From Podarcis cretensis (taxonomy: Eukaryota): a stretch of 64,000 nucleotides of DNA. The DNA lies in the NCBI GenBank assembly GCA_951804945.1, contig OX638154.1, forward strand, positions 43,772,001 to 43,836,000, in the 5' to 3' direction. Shown here piece after piece: positions 1 to 14,000 of this stretch (its first letter is position 1; each line of letters begins with the position of its first letter). The notes below the pieces were generated by a model. The model did no database searches. It saw only the letters and a list, made by a program, of their open reading frames with translations, and had not been told where the DNA came from. The position numbers and the translations under genes are program-made.

Positions 1-3000
1 AGGCTGGAAGCAAAACAGTGCAATGGCTATAAAAAGTCCCACAGGCTATACCTGTCCATGAATAACACTCTGGGTGGTTTCAGCAGCTCCAGGAAAGTTA
101 GTTTTCACATGGCTTTGTAATGTGTGCTCAAACTGAGTCTCTTGGTACCGTGTTCCAGTTTAGAAATGAAACAGTACTTGAAGGTAGAGTGCCAAGAAAG
201 AATAACGATCAGGTAAATTTACACCAAAGCTAAGAAATATTATAATGCATGCAATAGCCCTCATAAATAACAGTAGTAGTAATAATATAGTACAGTACCT
301 TCAAGATACCTGGCTCTTTACAAGTGAATAAAAAAGACAGGCCCCTGCCCCGAGGACCTCACACTCTAAAGTTTTAATAATGGGGAAAGTCACAAGGGAG
401 ATGCAGGACGGTAAAAGCAAGGGGAACAAATAATGGATGTGGGCAAACACAATTGTAGGTACTTTGTTGTTAATTGGGAATGGTGATGGGTTCAAGCAAG
501 AGTTTCTGATCTAACATTGTTGCAGAACACAGTGCTAACAGGTACAAACACTAGTTCTCCCTCTGAATTTGGTGCTGGGTATGGACTGATATTGTCCACG
601 TCAAAAGTTTATGCCTGTCTTCTCATATGAAACACCCCCATCATTCTGGCTTGTCTCTGTAGTTAGGAAGCGAGACTCTGCCTCTTGTATGTCTCATTGC
701 CATCCTTACATGGTCACTAGCTATGCTGTAACTCATTTTTTCGAGTGCACTAGCATAAACATAACAGTATCATCTCCCCCCACCCCCATTATTATTTTTT
801 AAAAAATCTGTTTTGGGGACTTTTGTTCCTTTATTTTCTCAATTTAAATGCAACATTATTTATTTGAGATGTGAACTAATAAAAAATTCTCAAGTGACTT
901 GGTGGGAACAAAACATGAAATGGAATTATGTACTGGCTATTTTTCATGCTTTCTACTGAAACTGTGTACTTTCAGAACTTCGGTTTAGTGACAAGGCTTA
1001 TTTATCCTACTCAAAACACAATTGCAATATATTCTTGGCTTGCATGTTGACATTGTGCAAGGTGATGAACCATTTGGATAGCCTAGCCTAGACCCATCTC
1101 TACTAGGCAAAGGAACCAGGAAGTTGGGGGGGGGGGGTCATATACCTGTAGAAATAGATAAAGCACAAGACTTTAATTTAGATGCTGGGCTGGGAAATGG
1201 AAGACCTCAAAATAGACCATCATAGTAGCCTTGGAGAAAGTTGCTTCATGCTGCTTTGGGCTTCAATTCCTGAATGTAAAATGGAGATGTGGGCATCCTG
1301 ACAATTGTGATGGAAATTTATCTTGAATTAACAGGTGGTGGATTGCATTTTCTTGTGTCATACCAGAGGTAAAACCAGCCACATATTAGAACCCTGAGAA
1401 GCCCAGGAAGCAGAATATTCAGTTGAGTTACCTCTTCTTCCTCATCGTACCCTGTGTCATTGTTACGCTGCCTCCCAACTGGAGTTCACTGTTCAACAAT
1501 GCTTAATGTGCCCTTCTCAGAGGATGCAGCCCAGGGCAATTGCTCTGCTCTCCCAAAAAGGCATTTGTCAAAATTAGAAATGATATATAGATGAGAAACC
1601 AACTTTTGCAGATCTCAATGTTTATTGCAATTGGCACCGCTGTGAAATTATTGAAAGATGATATTCTCTTCCCTTACCTGTTTGCTACATGCAAAACTGA
1701 AAACATCCACCACACACCTGCCAGGTTTGAAATAGGCCACATGAATTTTCTGGCAGAATCTGCAGAAGAGCCCCAGATCTCCACAATTCCACCTTTATGA
1801 GCTCTTGAACCCCATCTGTGACTGCTCTCCACAGTTCCTGCAGGGTTAAGCTCACAAGTATCTTTCACCTCACCCCATCCTAGGATTTTCATATTGTCCT
1901 GTGCCTTGCAATCGAATTTATCTTACTACATTTTGACATGGTAAATTTACCCTTGGAAGATATTGCATGCTACTTCTGTGTTATGAATACTTCATTTGAA
2001 GGTGCCCTCATTTGGGGACATCTGATATTTGCCATCAGGGTCACTTTAGCTTCCAAGGATAAGTCTCAGCTGATGATTGGTGTTTGCATTCTAGGTGCAC
2101 TACAAAATTACAAGAGCATCATCTGTCTTGATCCTTCATTATGTTTCATACCACCACAAATAAATGCCAAGATAATCCCAAATCATAGACAATTAGTGCA
2201 ATATTGGATTATTCTAATGGTTCATCAGGCTATTACTTTAATAGTGGAAGAGCACCTTAAATATTACTGAGTTGTACATGGTAGTGCAGTTGTGCAGGGG
2301 CACTGCTTCAGATTTCAGGAAGGGGTGAGGGCAATCTGGACACACACTATATAGAACCAAGTTCAGATATATGTGCTGTCCTGAAGGATGCCTCCTGTTT
2401 GAGGATAAATCCCACAGAGGTGAAATAAGCCTGTGGAGAGTATTTATGTGCAATAAATAAATTAAAAAAATAAATAGACAAGATCATGGATCAGCAGGCA
2501 GGAGGCAGCAGTAATCGTCGTGAACACACAGTGCAAGAGAGAATAGGAAGAAAGTCGTCAGGACCCTGGACAGAAGCCAGTGGAGCTGGAGTCAGCAGGC
2601 AGGTAGTGTTGTTCCAGCACTGGTCAGAAGCCAATTTAAGGCTGAAATAATGCTGCAAGGAGGTGTATAATCCACCATAATCAACTAGTCAAAATTGTAG
2701 CTCTTTGGTTCTGAAGTGTTCGCTTCAGTAATGAAGAACTATATTGGCTACAAAATGCCAGGAGACTAGGGAGCTTCTGGGAGGGGTTGTGGGTGACCAA
2801 AGACATCAGCAGGGAGATAATCCCAAGGTGGCGAGCAGAGAAAGCATGGCCTCTGGCAGTTCATCTGTGGGATATTCCCCAACAGCTGTTTTCCTGAGAT
2901 GGTTGATCACTTTGCATTGTTTTAAACCAGTGCATTACATTTTCTATCAATTTACAAGCCTTGTTGTCTGCATGCGGATGCTGAGGCATGCATACCAATT

Positions 3001-3180
3001 GGCAGAGGAGAGGGAGACCAAGAAAGGGTAGAAGAGGGTGCCTTTAAAGAGTCGAGATCCACTATCCCAAAATGCCAGTGGAAGTCAGGGGAGGAGGGAA
3101 CTGTTTTGAGGGGTGAGTAGGGAGGAAACAGGTTTGCTATTTTGGTGATGGAGAAAATGTGTTTTGGAAGAAGATGCGGA

Positions 3181-3311
3181 GGGGAGAGTGCTCTTGTGCT
3201 TGGGCCCTGCTTGTGGGTTTCTCCACGGGCATCTGGTTGGCCACTATGAGAACAGGATGCTGGGCTAGATTGGTTGTTAGCCTGACCCAGCAGGCTCTTA
3301 TTATGTTCTCA
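3181..3311 (+). mobile_element. CR1 3'UTR fragment
   Basis: Contains ggcatctggttggccactatgagaacaggatgctgg and cttattatgttct. Confidence 0.65.
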
Positions 3312-3400
3312 GGGTGGGTGATTGGGAGGCAGAGGACTGTGGAGAAAAATTAGGTGAGAATGGGAGAAGGAGACAGGCACTGAAATTGGGGTCAGCAAAA

Positions 3401-3648
3401 GGGAGCCAGTGTGGTGTAGTGGTTAAGAGCAGTGGACTCGTAATCTGGTGAACCGGGTTCGCGTCTCCGCTCCTCCACTTGCAGCTGCTGGGTGACCTTG
3501 GGCTAGTCACACTTCTTTGAAGTCTCTCAGCCCCACTCACCTCACAGAGTGTTTGTTGTGGGGAGGAAGAGAAAGGAGGATGTTAGCCGCTTTGAGACTC
3601 CTTCAGGTAGTGATAAAGCGGGATATCAAATCCAAACTCTTCTTCTTC
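3401..3648 (+). mobile_element. tRNA-derived SINE with L2-like tail (Squam3-like)
   Basis: Head gggagccagtgtggtgtagtggttaaga, B-box-like ggttcgcgtctcc, (CTT)n tail. Highly similar to 62469-62785. Confidence 0.85.
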
Positions 3649-5625
3649 AGCATCATCTTCTTTTTAAATCTACCTCCTGCCTCATCTCTCAATTCCATGA
3701 TGGTCTCCTCTTGTTTCTTTTAATAGGTAGTTCCTGTATCAGGATCTGAGTAAGGAATGGCCTCCTATGCACTTTTCCTTACAACTCCTGCTGTTTTGTT
3801 ATGTAACGCTATTCATGGTCTCATTTCATACTCTAGATAGTATCATTCGGATCAAAGCAAGGTGTGCCAGTTACAGCTTGTTACCCAGCACCTGCGTTTA
3901 ATCTGCTCCAGGAAATTTCTGTGGTCTTAGTCCAAAGCTCCTTGAAGCCAGCAGGATCGCCTTGATTGCCATGGTCTCTGCCCTCCCCCACTTCGGTTTA
4001 TGGATGCTTCACCCTCAAAGCACCTTTCTCCTATGAGTTAACTTGTCTTGTGCATGTCTGATATAATGAACTAGAGTCTGAGTTTTGCAGCTGGCTTGTG
4101 AAAATGAGTTAAGGGGCAGGGAGCTCAAAGGGTATGGGTGTGTGTTGGAACTGATAATGCTTAAAGACTAGCCCTGCTCTGCTTTACTGCTTGCATGCAT
4201 CCCCATGTTCAGTTTTTTATTTTAAAGCCAACCCAATTATTAGAGAAATGCTATCAGCCTTCAGCATTCCTTTAGCACATGGAAGTTAACCCCTTTCATA
4301 AGTTGCAAGTGGTTTGGAAGCTTTGCTGAGATTGGCAGAACCCACTCTGTTTTATGTTGATCTTGGGTTTTATAACCCTACCCACAACTGGCTTTGGGGA
4401 AAGGGTGGAGGGTGCTGTGGTTGAACTTGCCACTCCATAAACATTTCCTAGAAAGGATGTTATCAAATTAAGAAAAACAATTCAGTGAAAGTAGATTCAG
4501 GTTTAGCAGGAATGGCAAGTTTGGCTTTAAAATGTTTAAATCATTTCCTGATTTTAAGGACTAGACTTCTGTAGTTGGAATATATTGTAAAGCCTTCATA
4601 ACCTCACAAGGAAGGATTTGTTTTAGAAACTAGTGATGAAGTGCTGCCATGAAGGTGATTGGGAGGGGCAGCTGCTGGCCAAGTGATATTCAGCCTGCCA
4701 AGTTGTTCATCCTGGGGAAAGGGTCAGACTCCAGAGTAATTCTGGGGGTGTAAAGAGAATACGGCAGCCCAACCTGAGTAAGCTGGCCATTGTGTCACTG
4801 AGTCTTCTGTTATTTATGCACACACTCCACACTCATGTTCACTCATACCTCACTGATAACCATGTCTAGGCTCCAAATTGTCAAGGGACCCTGAATTTCT
4901 TTGCCGTCCTTGTGTGGTTTAGCTCCTTGATTTGCAATAAACTTTCTTCAGTGCTCTTCTTGTCAACTCTTTGCCCTAAGATGATGCCTGGCCATTTAAA
5001 AGCTCAGAGGATGCACAGAAAGAAGCTGCAGCGAGTGAGGAGGAAAGGCTTCCTTTGTGCAAGGGACAAATTGTGTGGAATTCCTCACGTGCAGCCAAAC
5101 GTGTGATTTGTTCTTATGTAGTTCACACAACAGGTTCATCATGTGCACACTCAGTTCATGAGATCAGGGCATAAACACACACAATGGGCCTTAGACAACC
5201 TCCCTTAGGGTGGGGTGGAATGAAAACCGTTGGTTTTTTGTTTTGTTTTTGTAAACAGGCCCAGAGAAGTAACAATGCCCAGCAGGCCAAGATAACAGAA
5301 TATGTTCTAATTAAAATCTGTGTCTGGAAAAGCACATCACAGAGTGCTGCTGCCTTGATTTGTTTTGGCTTCTGTAATTTAATATCTTTTTGTTTGAGCC
5401 AGTACACTTCAGTGTTATTTGGAAAAGCACTAAATGCTTATGGGGTAGGTCTTGTTGCTGGATAGCTCTGTTGTTCTGTGTGGGGTCTCTGTCTCTGTTC
5501 TCCCCCACTCCCAGATACAGTGTGTCTGTCTGTATCTTCCTTGAATGTGGTAAACTTAGCATAAATAAGGGTATCCTCAGTCTTTCTTTCTGGTGTGAAT
5601 CTGATGCACAGACATGGGTTCATTA

Positions 5626-5865
5626 AAGGTAAAGGGACCCCTGACCGTAAGGTCCAGTCACGGACGACTCTGGGGTTGCGGCGCTCATCTCGCTTTATTG
5701 GCCGAGGGAGCCGGCGTACAGCTTCCGGGTCATGTGGCCAGCATGACTAAGCCGCTTCTGGCGAACCAGAGCAGCGCACGGAAACGGCGTTTACCTTACC
5801 GCCGGAGCGGTACCTATTTATCTACTTGCACTTTGACGTGCTTTCGAACTGCTAGGTTGGCAGGA
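5626..5865 (-). mobile_element. Sauria SINE, 5'-truncated
   Basis: ACCTTT-type tail on the minus strand and recognisable Sauria body. Perfect 12-bp TSD atgggttcatta (5614-5625 and 5866-5877). Confidence 0.9.
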
Positions 5866-6130
5866 ATGGGTTCATTAGAGGAACATTAAAAAATAAGACT
5901 TCCTCCTACCTGCATTCTAAAGTGGTCTTGTCCAAAATTGTCCCACCTCTGCTTTGCGCAATGTGAAAATGATCTCTTAGCTTTAACTAGTTAGCCCCCT
6001 GAATGGCGTCATCCTTTCGCTAAATTCTCTCTCATTGTTTAGCACCAGTGGAGTGACAGCTTCCTGTACCAATGTATTTGTGAAGTGCAGGTCCATGGCA
6101 CTTTCAGAAATGACACAGAGGTGCCACTTA

Positions 6131-6178
<48 letters not shown>
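6131..6178. repeat. (AT)n(GT)n microsatellite
   Basis: Read directly from the sequence. Confidence 0.95.
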
Positions 6179-6180
<2 letters not shown>

Positions 6181-7971
6181 TGAGGTACTTGTTTGTCAGC
6201 GGATCATGGTGGAGGTGGGGCATTTTTGAATTTTACCATTGCAGTTGCTCACTGAGAGACATGAAAAATGGATGGAGTCATTTCTTTCATTCCTATCAGC
6301 AGCAACGTTTACACTGCAGGGCTAGTCCTGATCTGGCAGCAACTAGCCCCAAACCTGTAGAATGAGTTCCTATCTTCTTTAGCATATGGTTTAAATCAGT
6401 GGCATTTGGCCAGAGTTTGCAGTGTTCAAATAGTCGAATTCCCAGAATGTTTCACTGGCAAAAGGCTTGGGGAAGGCTACAAAGCACTCTTTCCAGATTT
6501 CTGCCAGCAAACAGAGGCCATTTTAGCCCCTGAACAGAAAAAAACCAGGCTGTGTAGCTCTTGATGCCTCATTCAGGAGGGTGCATGAAAAGGACTGTAT
6601 TAATATTCTCCCTCCACTGTAATATGCTTTGGGCCTCAGGTGTGCAATGATAATATTTCAAACTGAATCACAGTTGCTGTTTGTGAAGACTTAATTATTG
6701 TGGTTGGTGTGTGCATTTGTGTGTGTGTGGTTAAATAACTGACAGAGAGAGCTGGGACCATGAGAAAGGCTTTCTTTTGAGTGGCAGGGTGAAATTTACA
6801 GGTTGCTGAGCTCACAGCTTGTTTCCTGGTGACTGCGCAAGTCTTTCATTGGTGTATTATGTATGCTGCTTCCTTTTCATTAAAGCCATCAATACAGATG
6901 CTGTTTATTCCAGGCGGTGTCAGATCTGTATGGAAAAAACTCCGTGCAGGGTGAGATATGCCTCCACAGAAGTTGACAATAAGATTCCTGGCTGCTGTGA
7001 TTGCGTAGCTCCCCAAAATGAGCACTTACATTGAACTGTATGTGCTATTATGTGTTGATGGTTGATTCCTTGGAAGCATTCTGTAGGCTATAAGCACATT
7101 TGAGACAGCAATGACGGGGTAAAGCTTTTGTAGATTCTGTAAGTTAGGTTCAAAGGCAGATTGCAATTTCCTTCTCTGATATGAGCAAGGGGAAAACATA
7201 AACATATTTCTATACCTGCAGTGAAAGTAGAGACATTTATAGTATCCCAATTGATCACTGGGCCAGGTGTAGCAATAAAAAGGCCAGAACTTAAAAGCAA
7301 AGGGTCTCCTTGCACACTGGCACTCCCTCTAATAGTGAAATCAGGTGGTGCGTGCCGACAAAAATGGAGCCAAATTGGTACCAGTGGAAAATGAGATGGT
7401 AGTATAAAATCTAAGGGGGCAACCCCACCCCCAAACTCAGGATTGAATATACTCAATCCTGTGGCCATATAATGTTGAGTCTCAGTTGTAATTATTTGTA
7501 TACCCAATTCATTTCACTGTTAATATATTGTTATTATTTTGCTGCTGTTACTACTACTACTACTAATGTAGTTACCGGTATATACCTTGAATTGTTTTCT
7601 TTTTCTTTTTGAAAACCTTGTGTGGCGGCTCTTTCCCTTTAAGTCACTTCAACAGTCTTAATAATTCAAAATTCAGTAGAAATAATTAACCAATAAGAAA
7701 TTATTAATTGATTAATGGTTATAAATCAAGTGGCACATGCACTGAAGTACTGCGTAAAGGGGAGTTTATTGAATTAACTGATGCCGCTGGTCACGTAAAT
7801 CCACTGCTGCTGAATAGTTATAGATACTGGGTGATCATTCTGAAAGATGGATTGTTTGGACAGGTTATTAATTCTGTGGTATCTAACGAATCCTCAGCCA
7901 ACATGGGGAGTGTACTTCAACCTGAGCCACCTAATTAATGCATAGCCCATCTCTCTTGTGTGTTTTTCCAG

Positions 7972-8052
7972 CCATAATGAAAGACGGAACACTTTTATTC
8001 ACCCAGTGACTGGCCAAATCCCAGAAGAGAACAACCAGTTTGACTTGCAAAG
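7972..8052 (+). CDS. PLEKHA6: PLEKHA6 exon, C-terminal half of WW domain 2 (HNERRNTFIHPVTGQIPEENNQFDLQ), phase 2-2
   Basis: Acceptor tttttccag, donor AG|gtaggt, 81 nt. HN.....HPVTG is the WW2 end in the paralogs PLEKHA5 and PLEKHA7. Joins the next exon in frame. Confidence 0.85.
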
Positions 8053-11000
8053 GTAGGTCCTCTCTCTCATTTTGAGCACAAGAGTGGAGGTTCATGAAGG
8101 AGACAAGAAGGCTTAAGTGGGCTGCCTGAGAGCAAATGGCATTCTTCTTGCCCTAGAAATTCAGCTCAAGAAAGAATGGCAAGGATTTGCTGCAAGGCAA
8201 CTTCTGATGGACGTGAAGGAGCATTTGTGCCAGTCTTCCCCAATCTGCAGCCCTCCAGATGTTTATGAATACTGCTTCCATGAGCCCTAGCCAGCTATAG
8301 TCCAAAACATCTGGACAGCACCAGGTTGGAGAAGGCTGAGGGCTTGTCCACACTTCTGCTTGTCCCATACCTAGAGAGCATTGAGCCAGACATTTTTCTG
8401 CTTGCCCCATGTTTTCTAGATGTGGGTCCAAGTGGTGGTGCCTTTGCTCCACCACTTTCCCCCAGAATAACTTCTCTCTAGCACTAGTCTGGAGGAAACA
8501 TCCATCTGGAGAAAGCCCAATTGACGTTTGCTTTGATTCAGCAGTCAACAGTGGGTTTTCTCTGGGGGAAAGCAGCAGGGCAAGTGGAAGTGTGGAAGAG
8601 CCCTGAATAATACAATGTAGCTCCTGACATAGTTGAAGCTGGTGTAAAGGTGCTCCATTGATTTCAATGAATTGTGACTGTAGACCAGCACCCGTGACTT
8701 TATCTGAGTGTGCAAATGACAGCATTATATATAAATAAACCAGACGGCATTATGTGCTAAAGATACTAGAAAATATTTATTTACTTGTTGTATATAGTCG
8801 TGCATCAACAAATTTTACCTAGGCAGCTTACCTGCAAAAATAGAATATTAAAAATGCAAAATGCAGAAATTAAAGCACACCCACAAACCAGTACAAATGC
8901 AGCATAATTCTTTCCTTCTAGCAAAATATGCTGGAATATTATGCTTCTCTTTTCGTCTCTCTATTGCAGATCTGCCTTGGACATGTCAAGCAAATCAGGC
9001 AGCAAACGGCCGGCAGCAGTCAACAGTGAATCATCCAATCATACCATGGTTTCAGACTTGCCTCAGGAACGACCAAATGGCAGGGTATGCTTTGTTCTCT
9101 CATGGAGACCTTGGTTCTCTCCCCCCACCCTTTGTGGCAATGTTCTGCTTAAGCAACATGCCCAAGTTATTTGGGCCTTAATTTCCTTCATCTGTAAAAT
9201 GGGGACAGCATTACTGACCTTGCATTATGAAATCCTGAAAGATAAATTATAAGTGCAGATTATAAGTGACAAGAAGCCTAAAAAAACCATGGCTGCCTTT
9301 ATGATCATCCATGGAGCTCTTGTGAGAAATGGAATTTCTTAGCATAAACAACAAATAGTGATGGAAACATCACTGTGGGTTGGTTTAAATCATGGATGAG
9401 GAATCTGATATCCTCCAGATATTGTTGGATTCCAACTCCTATCAGTTTCAGCCAGCCTGGCCTGTGGTCAGGGATATGTAGTCCAACAACTTTTGGAGGC
9501 TGGCATACAGGTTTCCCATGGTTTGAATGCTTCATCTTTCTTATATGATGGGTCTTTTCTAGGTCTTAGGAAATCAGTGTTCCACCCAGCATTCCTCAGC
9601 CTAACATACGCTATGTTATCCTGTGCTGTTCCTCCTGGAATTGGTTGTGGTTTTGTGAGTGATTTCTGCAGAGGAATCTGTACACTCCATCAGTAGCCTT
9701 CCTTCCTAAACCTTTCTCTTTCATTTCCCAAAGGCCTCACGCTCCTCTCGGAAAGGGATTGCTTTTGGGAAGCGCTCCAATTCCATGAAGAGGAATCCCA
9801 ATGCTGCAGTGACTAAGAGTGGCTGGCTCTTCAAGCAGGTATGTTACAGAGGCTATTGGGTACCCAATCATCATCTATCCATCCATGTAACTCTAGGATG
9901 GAGGACCAGTGGTCCTCCAGAAGTTGGGGGACCACAACTCCTACCATCCCTGAACATTGGCTATACTAAATGGGGCTGATGTGAGTTGGAGTCCGTCAAA
10001 TATCCAGCACCACAACTTTCTCCATTCCTAATGTAGCCGAAACGTTTCCACAGCCAAGGACACAATGTAAAACCTAAGTCTCAACTATTTGGTATCCACT
10101 CCACTTGGAATCTTATCCAAAGTACCACATGCACTTGTAACTGAGAATACTGGGCATTGCTATCCTGCCATCCACCTTGTCAGGATCTCAGCTTGATTTC
10201 AGAGGTCTTCTGGGTTGTTTATCTGGAAATCCCCTAAGAATTCCAGCGATCCCTTGCTTCTGCTGAGCTCAGCACCAGCTGTTCCATCTCTTCATGGGAA
10301 GCTTTTCAAACTTCTACAACTCTTTATTGCATACAGTGCTGTAAATGCTGTGGCCTTGATTTGCTTTCAATATCTCTTTACAGGCGAGTTCTGGGGTGAA
10401 GCAATGGAATAAGCGCTGGTTTGTACTGGTGGATCGCTGCCTTTTCTACTACAAAGGTATGTAGAAGAACCAAGGTCTGGTGTGTGGGCACTTTGAGTAA
10501 CTCACAAGTGCTGAAAACAGTGTGAAAGCAAAGCCATAAATTATGCCTTTATTTAGTCAGGAGCTTGCATTCATCTCCATGCTTTGGCTGATCTTTTCCT
10601 ATTGGAGTCCAGTGACCTGTATCAGCAATGTGTTCATCTGATGAAGATGGCATACAGCCTCTGGAGAAATGCTGGCATTTAAACTGGCATGAGTAGACAC
10701 AAAAGCAACAAGTCTCACAGTGATGTCATGGGTAATAACCAATGGGTGTCTGTGATACTTGCAAAGTCACCTTCCACATGAAAAAAGATTCATTCTTTCA
10801 GGGCCAAAAAGTGTAGTTTACCAGCAAGTGGGACTCATTATTTGAGTGCACCTAAAACACTGCAGTGACAGTGGCAAAATCCCCCTGGGTGAGTCATAGC
10901 TTTGGGGAGGATTCTTTCTCCCTCCCACCCACATCTCTGCCCATTCTGCCTTTTCTTCTCTGATTGTTCTGCAGACTGCCAGCATTCTGCCTCTTCTCTG

Positions 11001-14000
11001 GTTGCCCGATTTGCTCAGAAAATTTCAGCGCAAAATGAATCTTAGCAAACAGAGAGAGATAATGTTGTGGGGTATCTGAGGGCTGACTGCCCCTTCTCAG
11101 TGTTTTATTTTACTGTTGGAAGAGATGGAGAAATGGGTGGAAATCTCTGGCAGATGCTTAAAGCTAACATATACAGCAACTCTGACGTGATTTTATAATG
11201 CACTGGGAAATCCCTTCCCTTGGTTGTATAGCCTTCCATATATCTGGCATCAGCATGGCATTTTGCAGCTTTAGGAGAAGATTACACATGAGGCAGAAAA
11301 TGTTTGTTAGTAAACATGCCTCTCTTTCCTCCTCTCTGCATTATGGTAACTTCTAATGCAAGCTGTGTGATGATAAACTGTGGAAGGGAATGTACGTTTC
11401 ATTATGTCTTTGAAGGCCAGACTTGGTACAGCTATTGCCATATTTCTCTGGAGCAGATGGCCTGGATCATTGGTTCTTTCTTACACAGAGAATATGTGCT
11501 GACATTAACATTCACACACACACCCTTTTGTCAATCATGCTTTCCTCTGAAAAAGGGCTGGCACTGGTCCTCCAGGCCAGAGTTTAGTGAACTGGACTTG
11601 TAATGGTACAAAAAAGGCTAAAGAGGCTTGTGAGGTTCCTATAAGATGAGGGCCTCCAGTCCATGAGGTGTGTGGCTTATTTCAGTCCTTGGATGACTGA
11701 AAAATGCCCAATGAGAATTCAAAATTTCAGTGCATTTTCATCTTCAAATATGTGTATGTATGTGTGTGTATTCAGGGATGGAGGACTTGTTGCCCTACTT
11801 GTTGGACTCCAACTCCCAACATCTCCAGCCAGCAAAACCCAGTGGCCAGAGATGATGGGAGTTGTAGTCCAATGTATTCTGGAGGGCCACATGCTTCCCA
11901 TCTGTCATAAACCCGCAACATACGTGTGGGTTACGTTTCAGTGATCATACCTAAACCAAAATCACATATAGTCAAAACACACTGGGTTCAATGGTGGGTG
12001 GGATTGTCAAAGTCATTTCCCCCAGAACCCTGTCCTCTTTCTCATTTTGTTTGGTCATGCGCGCAAAGCTGAATGTGCACAAGTTAAATGTGCATAAGTT
12101 GTGGGCTTACTGTATATTCATATATACATACATATACAGGGTGTGTGTATGTATGTATGTATGTATGTATGTGTATAGATTTTATATTTATATATAAAAA
12201 TAAAATCTGCCTCACAACCTTTGGTTCTCGGAAACCTGTTGCCTGAACTCCTCTCTGGCAGTGAATCTAGAAGGTGGGGATGAATTATTAACTAGACAGT
12301 ATTGTGAGCTGTAAACGTAACTGATATGTCTGTGAGGGTGCTTGCCAGCCTGAGACAGAGACAGTAGCAGGTACGGATGTGACAGGGAGAGGAGCCATTT
12401 TTCCCAGGTACGTAGATATGTAGGCCCACTTGGGGCAATTGTTGTTCTTAACGCTCCAGCTCTTATTTTGCCAGTAAGGTGAATCCTTGGCTTCTTCTTT
12501 CCCACTGATGGTGGTGAAGGAGCCCATTTGTGTGAGACCTTCCACAGCGACGGCATTTCTAGCTTGTTGGCTGAGAGAAGGGGATGCCTCCGTATGTGTC
12601 TAATTCTTTGATCTCTCACCTTCCTTCATGCAGACGAGAAGGAGGAAAGCATCTTGGGCAGCATCCCACTTCTCAGTTTTCGGGTTGCAGCTGTTCAGCC
12701 ATCGGATAACATCAGCAGGAAATACACCTTTAAGGTCAGTAAATGGCTGAGCTTCTCACAGAGGTGGCAGGATGTTTTTGAATGTGCAGCTAGAAGTGTG
12801 GTTGGAAGCTGGAAGCTGCTCTGCTCTAGCTGTGTGTTGGTATCAGAAATGGTCCTTAGGCTCCTCTTAGGCTGTGGTGCTCGTGACCCTGTGAATTTGG
12901 TCCTTAAAGGTGGGCAGGTGACTGGCGACTGAATGAAGAGGTATGAGCAAGTTACACAGACCATATACTTGTCAAATATTACATGTAAATAATTGGATGA
13001 GTGTACAGCTCAACTGTTGAATGCACAGATACACAGATTGTACACTTGTTGAATGTAACACATGGACACCTCTTTTGTAAGACTTTATTCCCTTATTTTC
13101 CAAGAGCGTGGTATCCTAGCGTTCCTTTCACCACTTGGTTATTTTAATTTTGACAACTTTCCTTTGTTGTGAAGTCTCTAAGGGACTGGGACATGAACCT
13201 AGAAGTATCCACTTCAAATCTCACTGCAGCTCAACAGGTTTGAATTTAGGCAAGCCATTCTTCTGTTACCCTCAGCCTGACACCTATGCAATATGAGAAT
13301 GATAACACGGACCTACTACCTTTCAGGGCCATTGTAACCACTGCTGACATGTGTGAAATGTATTGAATAGTTATTGCTGATGATGATGCTCACGATACTG
13401 ATGATGGGGGACATGAGGCTGGGGAGGTTATTGACCTTAAACGCAATGCAGCCCCCCTGAGGTTGCTGGACGACAGCTCACATCAACCCTGACCAGGAGC
13501 CATGCTGGTTGGGGCTGATGGGTATCGGAGTCCAGTAACACCTGAAAGGCCACAGGTTTCCTGTCTGTCCCTAAGTATTGCAACAGGAAGTAATGAGCAG
13601 CACGTTCAGGGATACCATCACCCACTTCCCATTTTCCTTTGGAAGATGTTCTTTCATAGAAGTCTTTTGTGATACTGGAAGATTGATCTGCAGTGGTCTT
13701 TAGACACAAGACTGAGCTGTTGTTGGAGTTTCTGGTTTTTTGTTTTTTAAAAAACGCAGTTCCGTGTGGTCCCCACCAAGCTGCCTAGGAGAGATATTCA
13801 CGCCCTCTGACTAATAGCACTGAGGAGTTGTTGCAGAGGGAGGACTGGCCAAAAGGGAAGAGCACAGCAGCTAAAGTACATTATTTCCGGATGCTTGACT
13901 GTGGTCCCTCAAGCTTGCTTGCAGGGACTTTGAGGCTGTTTCTGAGCCTCGGCATCTGAGAGGGAAGCACGTCTTGTTGACAGACATATTTACTAGGAAG

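Noticed and set aside
5434-5444. Tiny phase-2 first exon (ATG CTT ATG GG|gtaggt)
   Set aside because: Weak Kozak contexts and too short to tell from chance.
5626-5865. Near-identical ORFs at 5614-5889 and 25407-25742 suggesting a duplicated gene
   Set aside because: Both are antisense translations of Sauria SINE copies.
8153-8725. 190-aa minus-strand ORF
   Set aside because: It crosses MITE remnants and has no recognisable protein features; likely a chance ORF.
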